Of a stretch of 64,000 nucleotides of DNA, positions 50,704 through 62,983 are shown in pieces. This stretch comes from Eledone cirrhosa (lineage: Eukaryota): NCBI GenBank assembly GCA_964016885.1, contig OZ024759.1, positions 12,276,001 to 12,340,000 on the forward strand, read 5' to 3'. The first letter of the stretch is position 1; each line of letters starts with the position of its first letter. Below the pieces are notes generated by a model. It was not told the DNA's origin, did not search any database, and saw nothing but the letters and a program-made list of their open reading frames with translations. The translations under genes and the position numbers were made by a program.

Positions 50704-52639
50704 GTTGATTTCACAAATCAATCTTTCAATACTTCTAACTCTCCTTTCGGGAGGAATAAAAGGAACCTTCTCGAAGTTGAAATATAAATTTCGGAACTGG
50801 AACACAACCGAAAAACGAAAGCTAAATGAATGAGTGAGAGAGGGGGGGGGGGGGGGTTTATTAAAAAAAAGGGTGTTTTCTTTAAAGTTTTTTTTAATTA
50901 AAAACAGAAAAAGAAGTAGTTTGCATTGATAAAAAATAATTAAAAGTCAACAATGATTCTATTGTTTTTATTGGAAAATATATTACATTAAAAGAAGTTT
51001 ACACACACACAAGAGCTGTGAAACGCTTACATGTACACTTTTTGTTGTTCTTCCGGATATGATAAATAAAATGTTTTTATTATTTAATTTTTTTAAATAA
51101 TTGCAAACATTATATAATTAAAATGAAATTTGCTGAATAAAGATTTTCGATTTTGGATAGTAAAAATAATAAATAATATTCTTATAAAATGGCAGTTTCC
51201 CCAAAGTTGGATAACCGATATCTATATTTTAATAAGAACTCCCGTCAGCTTGGTTTTAGTAAAACATTAAATTAAATTTAAAATATTTTAGAGAAAACTT
51301 TTATTAATTTTTTTTTTAATTTTAGATTTTTATTAATGCACATTTTAAGGAAGTAAAGCATTCCTTGGAACTCCACATTAGGAAACCTTACTATGAAGAA
51401 TCCTAGAAGTGAATCGCGACTATATAACAATAGGAAGTTTCATATGATTTGAGGGAGTTTTGCTGCTTTTCTAATAAGCGGAGAGTATTCGTGGAGGCTC
51501 CTTCGTTTGGTTCAAAACGGTGAAGGGTAGGAATGGAGAGGAAAGCCCTCTATCTTTAGGAGACACGGTGATAAAAAAAAACATGTTTCGCTCTTATTAA
51601 ACCTCCTCAAGGAAACATGACCAATTTAAGTGTCAGGTAGACTGCTAGAAATAGCAGCCGGATCTGTTGATATTTGAAGCGCCAGCGTCTCTTGTTGAAC
51701 GAGTTTTCTCATCAGCCCCTTTTTTTCTCCCAGCCCTTTTCATTAGAAAGATCCATGTCCACACACAGTGAGTGAATATTAAAGTTTACAAGACTAAAAT
51801 TACTAGAGGCAGAGATCGTGACCACTTTCTAATATTAAAGCTCCATCGCTCCTTGTTGAGTTCGGGCCTTTTCGTCAGCCCTCCTCACTTTTTCCCCTTT
51901 CTTTATTAGATAGATTCATGTCGACTTAGCGAATTTTAAAGTTTATAAGATTAAATTATTACAAGCAGAGATGGCGACAACTTTTCGATGGTCATAAATT
52001 AGAGATTTAATGTAAATAAAGCTGTTTTATATGTTCTGGTGACTTGGTCGTCCCTCATACGTCATTATCAACAACCAACTTTCTTTAAACGTCATCAATA
52101 CATAGAAAATAACCTAACAACAGATTTTATTTCAGTCTCTTTAAGGTGATATTTTTTTTCTCGTTCCTGTTCGTTTGGTTTATTGTAAAAAAAAAAACCA
52201 TTTGTAGTTTACCCTCGGCATGTGGATCGCAAAATCAGTGTATAAGGTTAAGTTAAATCATTTTATTATACAAATTTCCTGTCAACGTTTCTATATTTTG
52301 TTCTGTTTTTATTCAAGGTAAAAAAAAAAAAGAAAAGAAAAAATGTTTTGTTTTTCTCATTACGGGAAATTAAAAAAAAATAATCTGGTAGTAAATATTT
52401 TTTTAAATATATGATTATTGTGAGAATCTTAGTACTGTTGTCTTGTCTTTCATTCTTCGGTGTCGATAAATAAATTACAAGTAACACACTTTAGTCGATT
52501 TAATCGGCTTTTCCCCTCTTTTCAAATTGCTGAGCTTGTACCAAAAATTAAAACAATTTTTACAAATCCCACCGAGGCCAATTTTGCCTTTTCCTGCTTC
52601 GAGAAGCGATAACGTAAAGTACCTACAATGCACTGGGGT

Positions 52640-52960
52640 CTATATAATAGTATACCACCCAGGTATTGTGGTCGATATAATAGTATACCACCCAGGTATT
52701 GTGGTCGATATAATAGTATACCACCCAGGTATTGTGGTCGATATAATAGTATACCACCCAGGTATTGTGATCAATATAATAGTATACCACCCAGGTATTG
52801 TGGTCGATATGATAGTACACCACCCAGGTATTGTGATCGATATAATGATATACCACCCAGGTATTGTGGTCGATATAATAGTATACCACCCAGGTATTGT
52901 GATCGATATAATAGTATACCACCCAGGTATTGTGATCGATATAATGATATATCACCCACG
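52640..52960. repeat. 33-bp minisatellite within a SINE 3' region
   Basis: Unit TATAATAGTATACCACCCAGGTATTGTGGTCGA, about 10 copies, preceded by TTTGCCTTT...AAAGTACC...CACTGGGGTC. Confidence 0.88.
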
Positions 52961-53288
52961 TACTATCGATCGATATAGTGATATGCCATTGGAGTCGATC
53001 GACTAACTCACCCACAGATGTACCTGCGTCAGAAACAATTATTATTATTTAAAATAAATATTGTCCCATCACTGAAGTATCACGACCATGACACCTTCCC
53101 AGTTCTGCTTTCATCTTTGTCACAACAGTAATTAAAAATTACCTTTATAATCACCGCTATTATCTAATTAATTTAATTATTCTCCACCTGAGCATAAATT
53201 ACTCTCAAAGCAAACTCAATTAATTCGGGGCGTAGCACTTTTGTGAGGAACGGGTGTGAAAATATCCGAACCCTAAACCTAACTTCTA

Positions 53289-53327
<39 letters not shown>

Positions 53328-53623
53328 CATACACATAAAAATGGCTTCTACGCAACTAGAACTTTCATTCGAAGAAAATCATCAGGAAAGCTTGATGATC
53401 TCTCTCTCTATATACTTTGCCTTTCATCCTTACGGGGTCGATAAAATAAAGTACCAGTAATACACTGGTTTAATTGCTGACCTTGTACCAAAAGTAGAAA
53501 CAATTAAATAAATATATATATATATATATTATGAAATACTGTTGGCTTCTTGCTCACAATAATTTCTATATTTTCATTTATATATATATAAATATATATA
53601 TAATCATCAGGAAAGCTTGATAA

Positions 53624-53673
<50 letters not shown>

Positions 53674-53759
53674 TTATCAAGCTTTCCTGATGTTTATATG
53701 TGTGTGTGTGTATCTGTTCTCCCTCTCTCTCACGTAGTTATATATCAACAGTTCGATCT

Positions 53760-53853
53760 TTAAACCGGAAATATTCGGAAACAGGCGAACTCTTCCCGCC
53801 ATTTTCAAAGCAGACGATAACTATTTAGAGACGAAAGTTTAGAACAGGTGAGT
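53760..53853 (+). promoter_or_regulatory. Candidate promoter / non-coding first exon, divergent from NudC
   Basis: ETS-like CCGGAA/CGGAA, YY1-like CCGCCATTTT, local CpG enrichment, consensus donor CAG|GTGAGT at 53848. Confidence 0.45.
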
Positions 53854-54084
53854 GATTGAGGTGTTCTTTATTGATACAGAGCCATTTAAATTGTTTATAT
53901 TATATATATAATACATCCGTGAGCCATTGAGGTGCTCTCTGTGAATCTCAGACCATATATAATAGATATACCTTATATAATACACCTGTCTCTCTTTATC
54001 GCTGCCATGTCCTCGTCCATGGATCTCGGGAATTTTACCCGCCCTAGAAATACATCTGTGAGCCTCAGACGTTTTCAAATTGTT

Positions 54085-54346
54085 CTATATATACTATTGT
54101 ATTGTCACAGTAAAGGCTTTACCTCACATAATATCTCACATATCATTTACATTACTCTATATATTTACTATTGTATTTTCATAAGGGCTTTTCCCCACAT
54201 CGTATCGAATCTATGAGATTTTTATGTTATTTGTTTTGAGAACAGTACCTTAACATCAGTATGAGTGGCCGGTTGCAGCTGGTTTGAACAGAAAGAGGTG
54301 AGAGAGTTCTGGCCGGGTATGACTGGTTTAAATGTTAAAGGGTTAA
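54085..54346 (+). mobile_element. TTAA MITE copy (left end missing)
   Basis: 72-bp unit plus right TIR TAAATGTTAAAGGGTTAA. Confidence 0.8.
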
Positions 54347-55329
54347 AGCCTTTGCTGTAAAGTTTTAAATTAACAAACCACATTAGCAACACATTGTTGA
54401 AAAGTACAAAACAACACTATGACTGTATCACATTAAATATCTTTTCACACTCAGTGTTGCTGCAGCATGGTACTACCTTCATCAATTGTTAGCCGGCGGT
54501 ACACTGCATCCTTTAAAACCGCCATACTTCCCGCAATTCCCCCATCGTACACACGCACGCATGTATGTGTGTATATCATGACTCATACACTGTTCACTTT
54601 CCTGACATTTGTACATTATTCTATAACTTTGCCTTTCATCCTTACGGGGTCGATAAAATAAAGTACCAGTAATGTACTGGGTAATAGCTGGCCTTGTGCC
54701 AATAGTAGAAACAATTATTCTATGTACTAAAGGGGCGGTGGATTGACAGTATTGGTAGAGGATCGGACGCCATGCGTTGCAGCATAGAGTTACATCCCTT
54801 TACGGTCTGAGTTCAAATTCCGCCAAGGTTAACTTTGCCTTTCATCCTTACGGGGTCGATAAAATAAAGTACCAGTAATGTACTGGATGATTGCTGGCCT
54901 TGTGCCAAAAGTAGAAACATTATTCTATGTACTATAAATGCCCCTTTGATGAGTTGTAGTGCACCTGAGCACTGTACACAATAATTTTCATAATCATATG
55001 TTTATATGTAAAACATATATCTGTGGACCTCGGACCATTTAAAATTCTTATACGATATATATAATATATCTGTAGGACATTGAGGAATTCTCTGTGGACC
55101 AGAGTCCTCAAACACTCCCTCCAGAGGGTCCTGTCAGAAGCAACTGTCTACAACTGATCTGGCTGGATCCCCAATCGAGACCAGCCAAGCTCATGGATGT
55201 TATCAAACTATCTTGCTCGGGGTCTACCCCTAGGTCTTCTACCTGTTGGTTTTGCCCCTAAAATCTGTCCAGCGATTCTTTCCTGCGACATTCTAACCAC
55301 ATGGTCATATGTAAGATATGATATATAAA

Positions 55330-56192
55330 ATATACATGTTTATTGCACAAACAATATTACAAATCATTTGCAATTCCTTCAGAATGAAAATATAAACAGA
55401 GCATATAAATAAATTTACAGTAGAATAACATAACAAATATGTTTTAAATATATACATAAATAACATTATAAATGCTTCAGTAACACTATAAAGGATGATA
55501 CAATGAAAGATATATTCTTTTAATGTTACAATATTAAAGAAAATGTAAAGGAAGGGGTGAACAACGGAGCCAACACCAGAGCAAAAGATAGCAACGTCGC
55601 GAGTACTGGGCAACCTCTCTAATGATTTTTGAGACAAGCCAGCACACTCGCAGCGTTGCCCTGGGTGATGGCGAGGCTGATGCACTGAAGCAGCCAAGCA
55701 CCCTCGCAAGATTCGCCAGTTATCTCTATTAGGTGAGCCGCCAGTGAGGAAAGGAACCTCGCAGTCAGCGGCCCGACTCCCCCAAACGTCTCGAAAGCCA
55801 CAGGCTGAAAAATGTAGCTGGCCGACAGATGAGAGTATTTGAGGGTCTTACTCCGCTCGTCTGCAGAAGCTGTGGCTCTCGTCCTAACCGCAGCATCCAG
55901 GATGTGGGAAAGAGCAAAAGACGTTGCTGTCTTTTGCTCTGGTGTTGGCTCCGTTGTTCACCCCTTCCTTTACATTTTCTTTAATATTGTAACATTAAAA
56001 GAATATATCTTTCATTGTATCATCCTTTATAGTGTTACCGAGGCATTTATAATGTTATTTATGTTTATATTTAAAACATATTTGTTATGTTATTCTAATG
56101 TAAATTTATTTATATGCTCTGTTTATATTTTCATTCTGAAGGAATTGCAAACGATTTGTAATATTGTTTGTGCAACTATGAATAAAAATAAA
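55330..56192 (-). mobile_element. CRE-clade (restriction-like endonuclease) non-LTR retrotransposon 3' end with inverted copy of its 3'UTR
   Basis: Minus-strand peptide K..KYSHLSASYIFQPVAFETFGGVG...QCISLAITQGNAASVL; about 255-bp inverted arms at 55345-55598 and 55920-56176. Confidence 0.8.
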
Positions 56193-56899
56193 GTTTCTGG
56201 ATGTTTATAAGTTCTTAATATGTCAGTCACTGTATTTACGGTAAAGAAACCGTCTATAGTTTACATGGTTTTGTTATAGAATTTTCAAGGGTTGGTAGAG
56301 TAAGAACCATTAAAATAAATAGTTGTCCCCGCCTCTCTCTCTCTCTATCTCTCTACCTACTTACCTACCTATCTAATCCATCTATCTATCTATCTGTTTG
56401 TCTACCTATCCATTCATCTATCTATTCATCTGTTTTTTTTAATATCTAGAAAATAAAAAAAGAAGTTTTGAAAATGTGATTATTTTCAAAATAATTTGTA
56501 TATTAACTTGATCTTTTAGTGAAACATAAAGAAAAAAAGAACTATACACGAGAGGGGAAGAGGGTTTTAAAGTCGGGTGACTTTTATTAGAAATATGGCA
56601 ACGAAAGGGTTGTTATGTTCCAAACACCAACTGAATAATGAGAAAATTAGTAATGTTACTAAATCACTCGAAATTCTTGATTGTTTTCAAAATTATTTGA
56701 GTATTTTGAGAAACAAATAAACAATTATTTTAAAAATAAAACAAACCACCATTTTCTTAGATGAATCAAATGGAGAGTTATCTCCCTTTGACTGGAAATG
56801 AAAGTTCTAGAATCTAGTTTGTCAAAGTTTAACGTTCAACTTTGATTTTAAATATTATTCCCTCGTGTATTCTAATGAGGATAAATATAGAAAAAGTAA

Positions 56900-57240
56900 T
56901 TTTATTTACAATTGTATAAATTTACAGTTGAATAACATGACAAATATGTTTTAAATATATACATAAATAACATTATAAATTGTTCGCAATTCGTTCAGAA
57001 GAGCGTTACAAATAAAATGTCTAAACCGTGTATAAAACTATAATAATATAAATTCATTGAACAATAATGATAAAGGGAAGAAAAAAGAATTGGCCGCAAT
57101 TTACCAACAAGTGTGACAATCGGTCGCACCTCACACCTTAGGGGTTAACTACGCACTTTCAGGCAAGCCAACACGCTGGCAGCATTTCCACGGGTGATGG
57201 CGAGGCTAAGGCGCTGAAATAACCAGGCCCCCACACGGAT
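56900..57240 (-). mobile_element. Second CRE-like 3' fragment
   Basis: AWLFQRLSLAITRGNAASVLACL; UTR similar to 55410-55470. Confidence 0.7.
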
Positions 57241-57624
57241 ATATTCAAAATGAGTTGTAATAAATAATTTTCGTGTGTAAATTCATCAGTCTTTATGAAT
57301 ATTTCTTAATACTATAACCACCATTAGCATATTGTGACATATATACAAATATGTTTAGTTGTAGTAGTGGATTGACTTCAACAAAAGAAGTCTAGTTGAG
57401 AAGACTTTGTTTTTGTTTCTTTGTTTTCTTTCACTCACTGCCTCCGTCCCTCTCGCTCTCCCCATCTCTCACTATTATAAGCAAACGGGGGCCCATGCGC
57501 TGGATACCCCGACAGACAGAAAAGAGAAGGCGTTTCTTCCCCAGAGGATAGTGAGGAAGACGTGTTATAAGAGCCATTCCAGCTCGTGAGGGTCACACTC
57601 CATGCTGATGGTGAAAATTATATA

Positions 57625-57897
57625 CAGTGCTCAGGTGCACTACAACTCATCAAAGGTGCATGTATAGTACATAGAATAATGTACAAATGTCAGGAAAAGG
57701 AACAGTGTAAGAGTCATGATATACACACATACACATGCATGTGAATGGGAGAATATCAGGTGTAGTGTTGGCGAATTTCAGGAAGCATGGAGGTTTTGTC
57801 GGATGCAGTGTCCCTACAGCTAACAACCAATGCAGGTAGTTTGTTTCATGCTTCAGCAACTCTGAGTTTGAAAAAATATTTCCAAAAGTCATGGGAG
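57625..57897 (-). mobile_element. CR1/L2-type LINE 3' fragment
   Basis: Similar to 63055-63330; split plus-strand copy at 54445-54975. Confidence 0.7.
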
Positions 57898-59124
57898 CTA
57901 TCCTAGGACCAAGGACATAAGAAATCTCCACTGTTAAGGGCTTGACCGCAAACCTGTCGGCAAACGACCGAGAAATTGTGAATAATAAATAAATATTTAA
58001 ACCGCTGACAATGAAGTTTTGTGCTCGTTGGTGACTCCACAATTTCTATTTTGTTCATTTTATATTTTTTACCAACATTCTAACATTTTGTAGAATATAA
58101 TATAATTGTTTCTACTTTTGGCACAAGGCCAGCAATTACCCAGTGGATTACTGGTACTTTATTTTATCAACCCCGTAAGGATGAAAGGCAAAGTTAACCT
58201 TGGCGGGTGAGAATATAATATAATGTAAAGTGGACGTGTAAAAGACACGGCAAAAAGCACCCAGCCTATACTGTAAATGTGGTTGGCGTTAGAAAACCAG
58301 CCAGAAACAGCTCTATTTGAGCGAGACTTAGTCACCCGACACAACTTGCCTTAAAATAGGACGCGTCTAACCCATGCTAGTGTGGAAGATGGCCAATAAT
58401 CGATAATGATGATGATGATTTAATGTAATGAACCTCGGTCAGTGTTTACGATGAGTGTTTCAGCTGTTTGATTGAACAGAACAGCCCACTCATGAAATTA
58501 ACGTGTAAGTGGCTGACCATTCTTCAGACACAATGTATTTATTTCCTACGAGGGTCAGCTGAAAAATTCATAGGCTGACCAAGATACTCTCTTGGAATGA
58601 CCAAATGAGGTTTATTTTTCAACATAGTCCCTGGAAAAGAAACAATGCAGTTTTTCATAAGAAGGGTTGAAATTAATACATGCAAGATTTCACACCTCAA
58701 ATATAACTCCTTCATAGTCAGCCTAAGAAACTTTTTGGTGCTCCTCCTATCTCAGTCATGTTACTACAATAACAAGTTTGCTTTTCGAATCACAAGGTCC
58801 TGGGTTCTAACCCTACATTTGTCCCTGTAAATAGTTATTTCTCCAAAGTTACTCATATATTTAATCCTGTATGTCATTTGTACCTACATACTGAACATCT
58901 ATGTAATTATATCTTACATATACATCATTGTCTCAAGGGAGTTCGTTTTACAGGCATTGATGGTACGTGTGTTGTATGTGTAGATATTAAAGGTCTTTTC
59001 TTTTGTCTGAGTGTTTCTTCTAATCGTATAAATCAAACCAGTCCGAGGTTGTTGGTGTGATCCCCTGTTCATAGCTGTCACATCACTTAAACCAATTACA
59101 TCAATTGTCAAGTCAAGAGTACTC

Positions 59125-59345
59125 AAACTATACGGTCATATAAAAAGATCAACTAGTGGTGTGAGTAGGTTATGCCTGGAAGGAAGGTTGGCTGGTAAGA
59201 GAAGCAGAGGCCGGCAGCCAAAATGATGGCTTGATAATGTCAACTTATGGACTGGACTTAATCTTTGCTCTTTAAACTCTGCTGTTGGTGATCAAACTTT
59301 GTGGAGAAGAATACCTCATGTTGATGTGGAGTCTGCAACTGGGGG
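59125..59345 (+). mobile_element. RTE LINE 3' fragment
   Basis: YGHIKRS...CLEGRLAGKRSRGRQPK*WLDNV. Confidence 0.7.
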
Positions 59346-59856
59346 AGTTTAGTGTCTAAGAGATCTTAAATATAAACTAATAAAATATTCCCACGCAGCA
59401 GTAATCAATATAAAATATAGAGTTTCTCTTATACAAACCATCAATTTATTCATACACAAATTTCCAGGTTATTAAGATTGTTCATACATCCAGCAATTTT
59501 GGTTTATATGACATACCAATCCTGGACCCCAAAAATTAAATATATTTAACCCTATTGCTGTCATGAATTGCACTAGTCAACTGTAAGTAAATTAATATAT
59601 ATGTTGTTATATTTGGGGAAATATATAGTAAAACACACTCACTGTTTGGTTTGGGTTGGTTTTCACTTCAGTATATTTTATATTTCTATAATTAATTCAA
59701 CTGGTAATCAATGTTTATCATTGATTGACCAACAGTTATAAATATAGTCTCTCAGAGTTCTTTTGACACACACCTGTGACATCATCAGTGATGTTTCTAT
59801 GTTTCCTCCCGTTGTATAGCTGTAATGTTTACTTATTCTATTTTATTTATTTATTT

Positions 59857-60200
59857 GGAGGCACATGGCTTAGTGGTTAGAGCATTGGCCTTGCAATTGG
59901 AAGGTTGTGAGTTCAATTCTCAGACCGGGTGATGTGTTGTTTCCTTAAGCAAGACACTTTATTTCACATTGCTCCAGTTTACTCAGCTGTAGAAATGAGA
60001 TGATAGGGACTAGGGTCCATATCATTCCACTACAAAGTGGTCGTGGAGGTGCCACGGCAAAATAGCACCCAGCACTCGCTGTAAATGAGGTTGGTGTTAG
60101 GAAGGGCATCCAGCTGTAGAAATCAAGCCAGAATCAGTTCCCGTCCCACCCTTGCAAGCAGGGAAAAGTGGACGTAAAATGATGATGATGATGATGATGA
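59857..60200 (+). mobile_element. Full-length tRNA-derived SINE with RTE-type tail
   Basis: A/B boxes, core, TTAGGAAGGGCATCCAGCTGTAGAAA, (ATG)n tail. Confidence 0.88.
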
Positions 60201-60726
60201 TTTATTGTTGTCTCTGTTTGTGCATGCTTTTGTGTGCGTGTTTTCTGTTTGCTGTGTGTTCATGTCTGTTATATTGTCGGAAATATATAATAAAACACTC
60301 ACTGTTTGGTTTGGTTTGTGTTGGTTATCACTTCAGTATATTTTGTATATATGTGATTTTCTTTTATTTTCAATCCACATTCATTTTGCTTTTTTTTTTA
60401 TATTTTTGTAACTGCAGGGTCTCTACAGGAAGATAAATAGGAACACAGATGTGTAAGTATGACTGTTCTCTTTTAATTATTTCCTCTCTATTACTATTGT
60501 GGCTCTGCTTTAATCTCTCCAGTGCCACGGATGAGATAACTAGTCCTAACATGTTTGAATTCTTTTCCAACAGTTTATAACTTCAGATATTTTTGAAAAA
60601 CACCCCATAAATATTTTAAATATCTGTGAAATAAGATATTCTGTTCTACTTGGGTGTATTTTCTAGTGTGTTGCTAGAGTTTCTTCAAAGAAAATAAAAG
60701 AGACTGAACTCGAGAAATACTCAAGT

Positions 60727-62112
60727 ATGGGTGAACACTCATGTTATACAAATTATTTAAGCATATCGGAGCAACTGAACAAAGTCACCAAGGATCTTCA
60801 CAAAGTTACTGATGTATTCAACAGTATTTCATCGGACTTGACATATGCCCCATTGCCACCAGCGTTACCAACTGTACCAATACCATTACCATATTCTTGT
60901 ACCTCAACTTTACGATCACTACCACCATCAGAGCCATCAGGCTTAATGTCACACCTACACCCCTCACCAGAGCCATCAGGCTTAATGTCACACCTACACC
61001 CCTCACCAGAGCCATCAGACTTAATGTCACACCTACACCCCTCACCGGAGCCATCAGGCTTAATGTCACACCTACACCCCTCACCGGAGCCATCAGGCTT
61101 AATGTCACACCTCCAGCTCTCACCAGAGCCATCAGGCTTAATGTCACACCTCCAGCTCTCACCAGAGCTATCATGCTTAATGTCACACCTACACCCCCCA
61201 CCGGAGCCATCAGGCTTAATGTCACATCTACACCCCCCACCAGATCCATCAGGCTTAATGTCACACCTACACCCCCCACTGGAGCCATCAGGCTTAATGT
61301 CACACCTACACCCTCCAACAGAGCCATCATGCTCAATGTCACACCTACACCCCCCACCAGATCCATCAGGCTTAATGTCACACCTACACCCTCCACTGGA
61401 GCCATCAGGCTTAATGTCACACCTACACCCCCCACCGGAGCCCTCATGCTCAATTTCAAACCTACAACCACCTCCATCATATTTGACTTCATTACTACCA
61501 CGAAGGTGTTCATCATCACCACGACAACCACGAAGGTGTTCACCATCACCACCACCACTACCAAGGTGTTCAGCAACACCACGAGCACCATCTTACTCAA
61601 CAACCCCACGACAATCAAGATCGCGTACAAAGCCATCATCAACACAAGTACCATGCTCTAGATCATCTATACCACCACCCTGCTCTGGATCATCAATAGC
61701 AGCACCACCCTGCCCAGGACCATCTACACCACCACCCTGCCTCGGATCACCTACACCACCACCCTGCCCAAAATTGCCATTCCTAACAGATGAGAGTTGC
61801 AAGTGTAAATGCTACCAAACCAACAAGGCTGCATATTCAGACTGGTTCATCTGTCCACTGCACAAACCATTTCACATATTTCCGAAAGACTATATTATCA
61901 ACCAGCACTACAGACCAGGGTATCTTGGTGCTTTGTTTAACATGAAGCGTACATTGGACGTGTGGGACCAGAAGATATGTAAAAGTCATCGTCGTGCACA
62001 TAAACGCATAACAACAGCCATAGGTAATGATTTCAATAAGTACAAGACAGATGGTGATAGACTGTTGAACTCAAAACTTTACAATTTGAAATGTAAGAAG
62101 AATTTCGTTTAA
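60727..62112 (+). CDS. Uncharacterised 461-aa Pro/Ser/His/Cys-rich repeat protein
   Basis: Non-repetitive N-terminal (about 67 aa) and C-terminal (about 110 aa) flanks stay open in the same frame as 14 x 39-bp repeats. The frame is open back to a TTTTCTAG acceptor-like site at 60666. No homology recognised. Confidence 0.5.
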   Translation: MGEHSCYTNYLSISEQLNKVTKDLHKVTDVFNSISSDLTYAPLPPALPTVPIPLPYSCTSTLRSLPPSEPSGLMSHLHPSPEPSGLMSHLHPSPEPSDLMSHLHPSPEPSGLMSHLHPSPEPSGLMSHLQLSPEPSGLMSHLQLSPELSCLMSHLHPPPEPSGLMSHLHPPPDPSGLMSHLHPPLEPSGLMSHLHPPTEPSCSMSHLHPPPDPSGLMSHLHPPLEPSGLMSHLHPPPEPSCSISNLQPPPSYLTSLLPRRCSSSPRQPRRCSPSPPPLPRCSATPRAPSYSTTPRQSRSRTKPSSTQVPCSRSSIPPPCSGSSIAAPPCPGPSTPPPCLGSPTPPPCPKLPFLTDESCKCKCYQTNKAAYSDWFICPLHKPFHIFPKDYIINQHYRPGYLGALFNMKRTLDVWDQKICKSHRRAHKRITTAIGNDFNKYKTDGDRLLNSKLYNLKCKKNFV

Positions 62113-62258
62113 ATTTAAATTTACAAGAATCATCATCATCATTGTTGTCATCATCATCATCATCATCATCATCAGCATCCTTAGTTACATAACATAACCT
62201 GCTGTTTTATGGATGGAATAAGTTACCAAATTTTCATTGCCAAAGATACTATTTATAA

Positions 62259-62469
62259 TCTATATATATAAAAATGTCTGTACGGAGGCGATAGATTTCC
62301 ACAGTTTCCATCTGATTTTGTTCAGATTTGATACATAGGTTATTTAGCTCCCGGAGCATGTTAACATATAGTTTAAATCTTTTTCTCCCCAAAATAGCAG
62401 AGTTCTGGGGTTATTTAAAAACAACCATGTTGTGGACTGAGGGTTAGCTACGACAGGCTCTTTTGCTAG
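62259..62469 (+). mobile_element. Short non-autonomous Helitron-like element
   Basis: a|TCTATATATATAAAA ... GCTAG|t termini. Confidence 0.5.
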
Positions 62470-62781
62470 TTAGTAATACAGGTAAAATTCTGATATAACG
62501 AATACCATTATAACAAATTTTTCAGTATAACGAAATATTTTTCAATCCCCAGCAACACACTTGATGTGTTAGCTCGATTTCATTACAACAATTTTTTTTT
62601 ATACCCCATGAATTTCACTGAATAACTAACTTTCTCATTATTAATCTTCTGGGTGCTGTTGGCGACATAAGTCACCGATAGAGTAATCTCTCCTTAATAC
62701 ATGATACAGTGTCAAGGGAAGCAATTCATAAAATAATGCAGCATTCTAAAGGTTAAGTTAGTGTTTGAAACATAACTTACC

Positions 62782-62983
62782 TTAACCCTTTAGCATTGAC
62801 ATTACTCTATATATACTATTGTAGTTTTGTGGTAAAGGCTTTACCTCACATAATATCTCACATAATGTTGAATCTATGAGGTTTTGAGAACAATACCTTA
62901 ACATCAGTATGAGTGGCTGGTTACATCCAGTTTGAACAGAAAGAGGTGAGAGAATGCAACCGGTTTAAATGCTAAAGGGTTAA
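62782..62983 (+). mobile_element. Complete TTAA MITE (single unit)
   Basis: TTAACCCTTTAGCATT ... AATGCTAAAGGGTTAA. Confidence 0.88.

Noticed and set aside
50704-50805. N-terminal extension of NudC suggested by the ORF track
   Set aside because: Starts at a non-ATG codon; NudC homology begins near MPMELKD
52220-52252. Mini first exon ATG TGG ATC GCA AAA TCA GTG TAT AAG|GT
   Set aside because: Weak donor, no recognisable homology or downstream partner exon
60818-61661. Alternative-frame and antisense ORFs (278 and 254 aa) over the 39-bp repeat
   Set aside because: Confined to the repeat region; explained by codon periodicity
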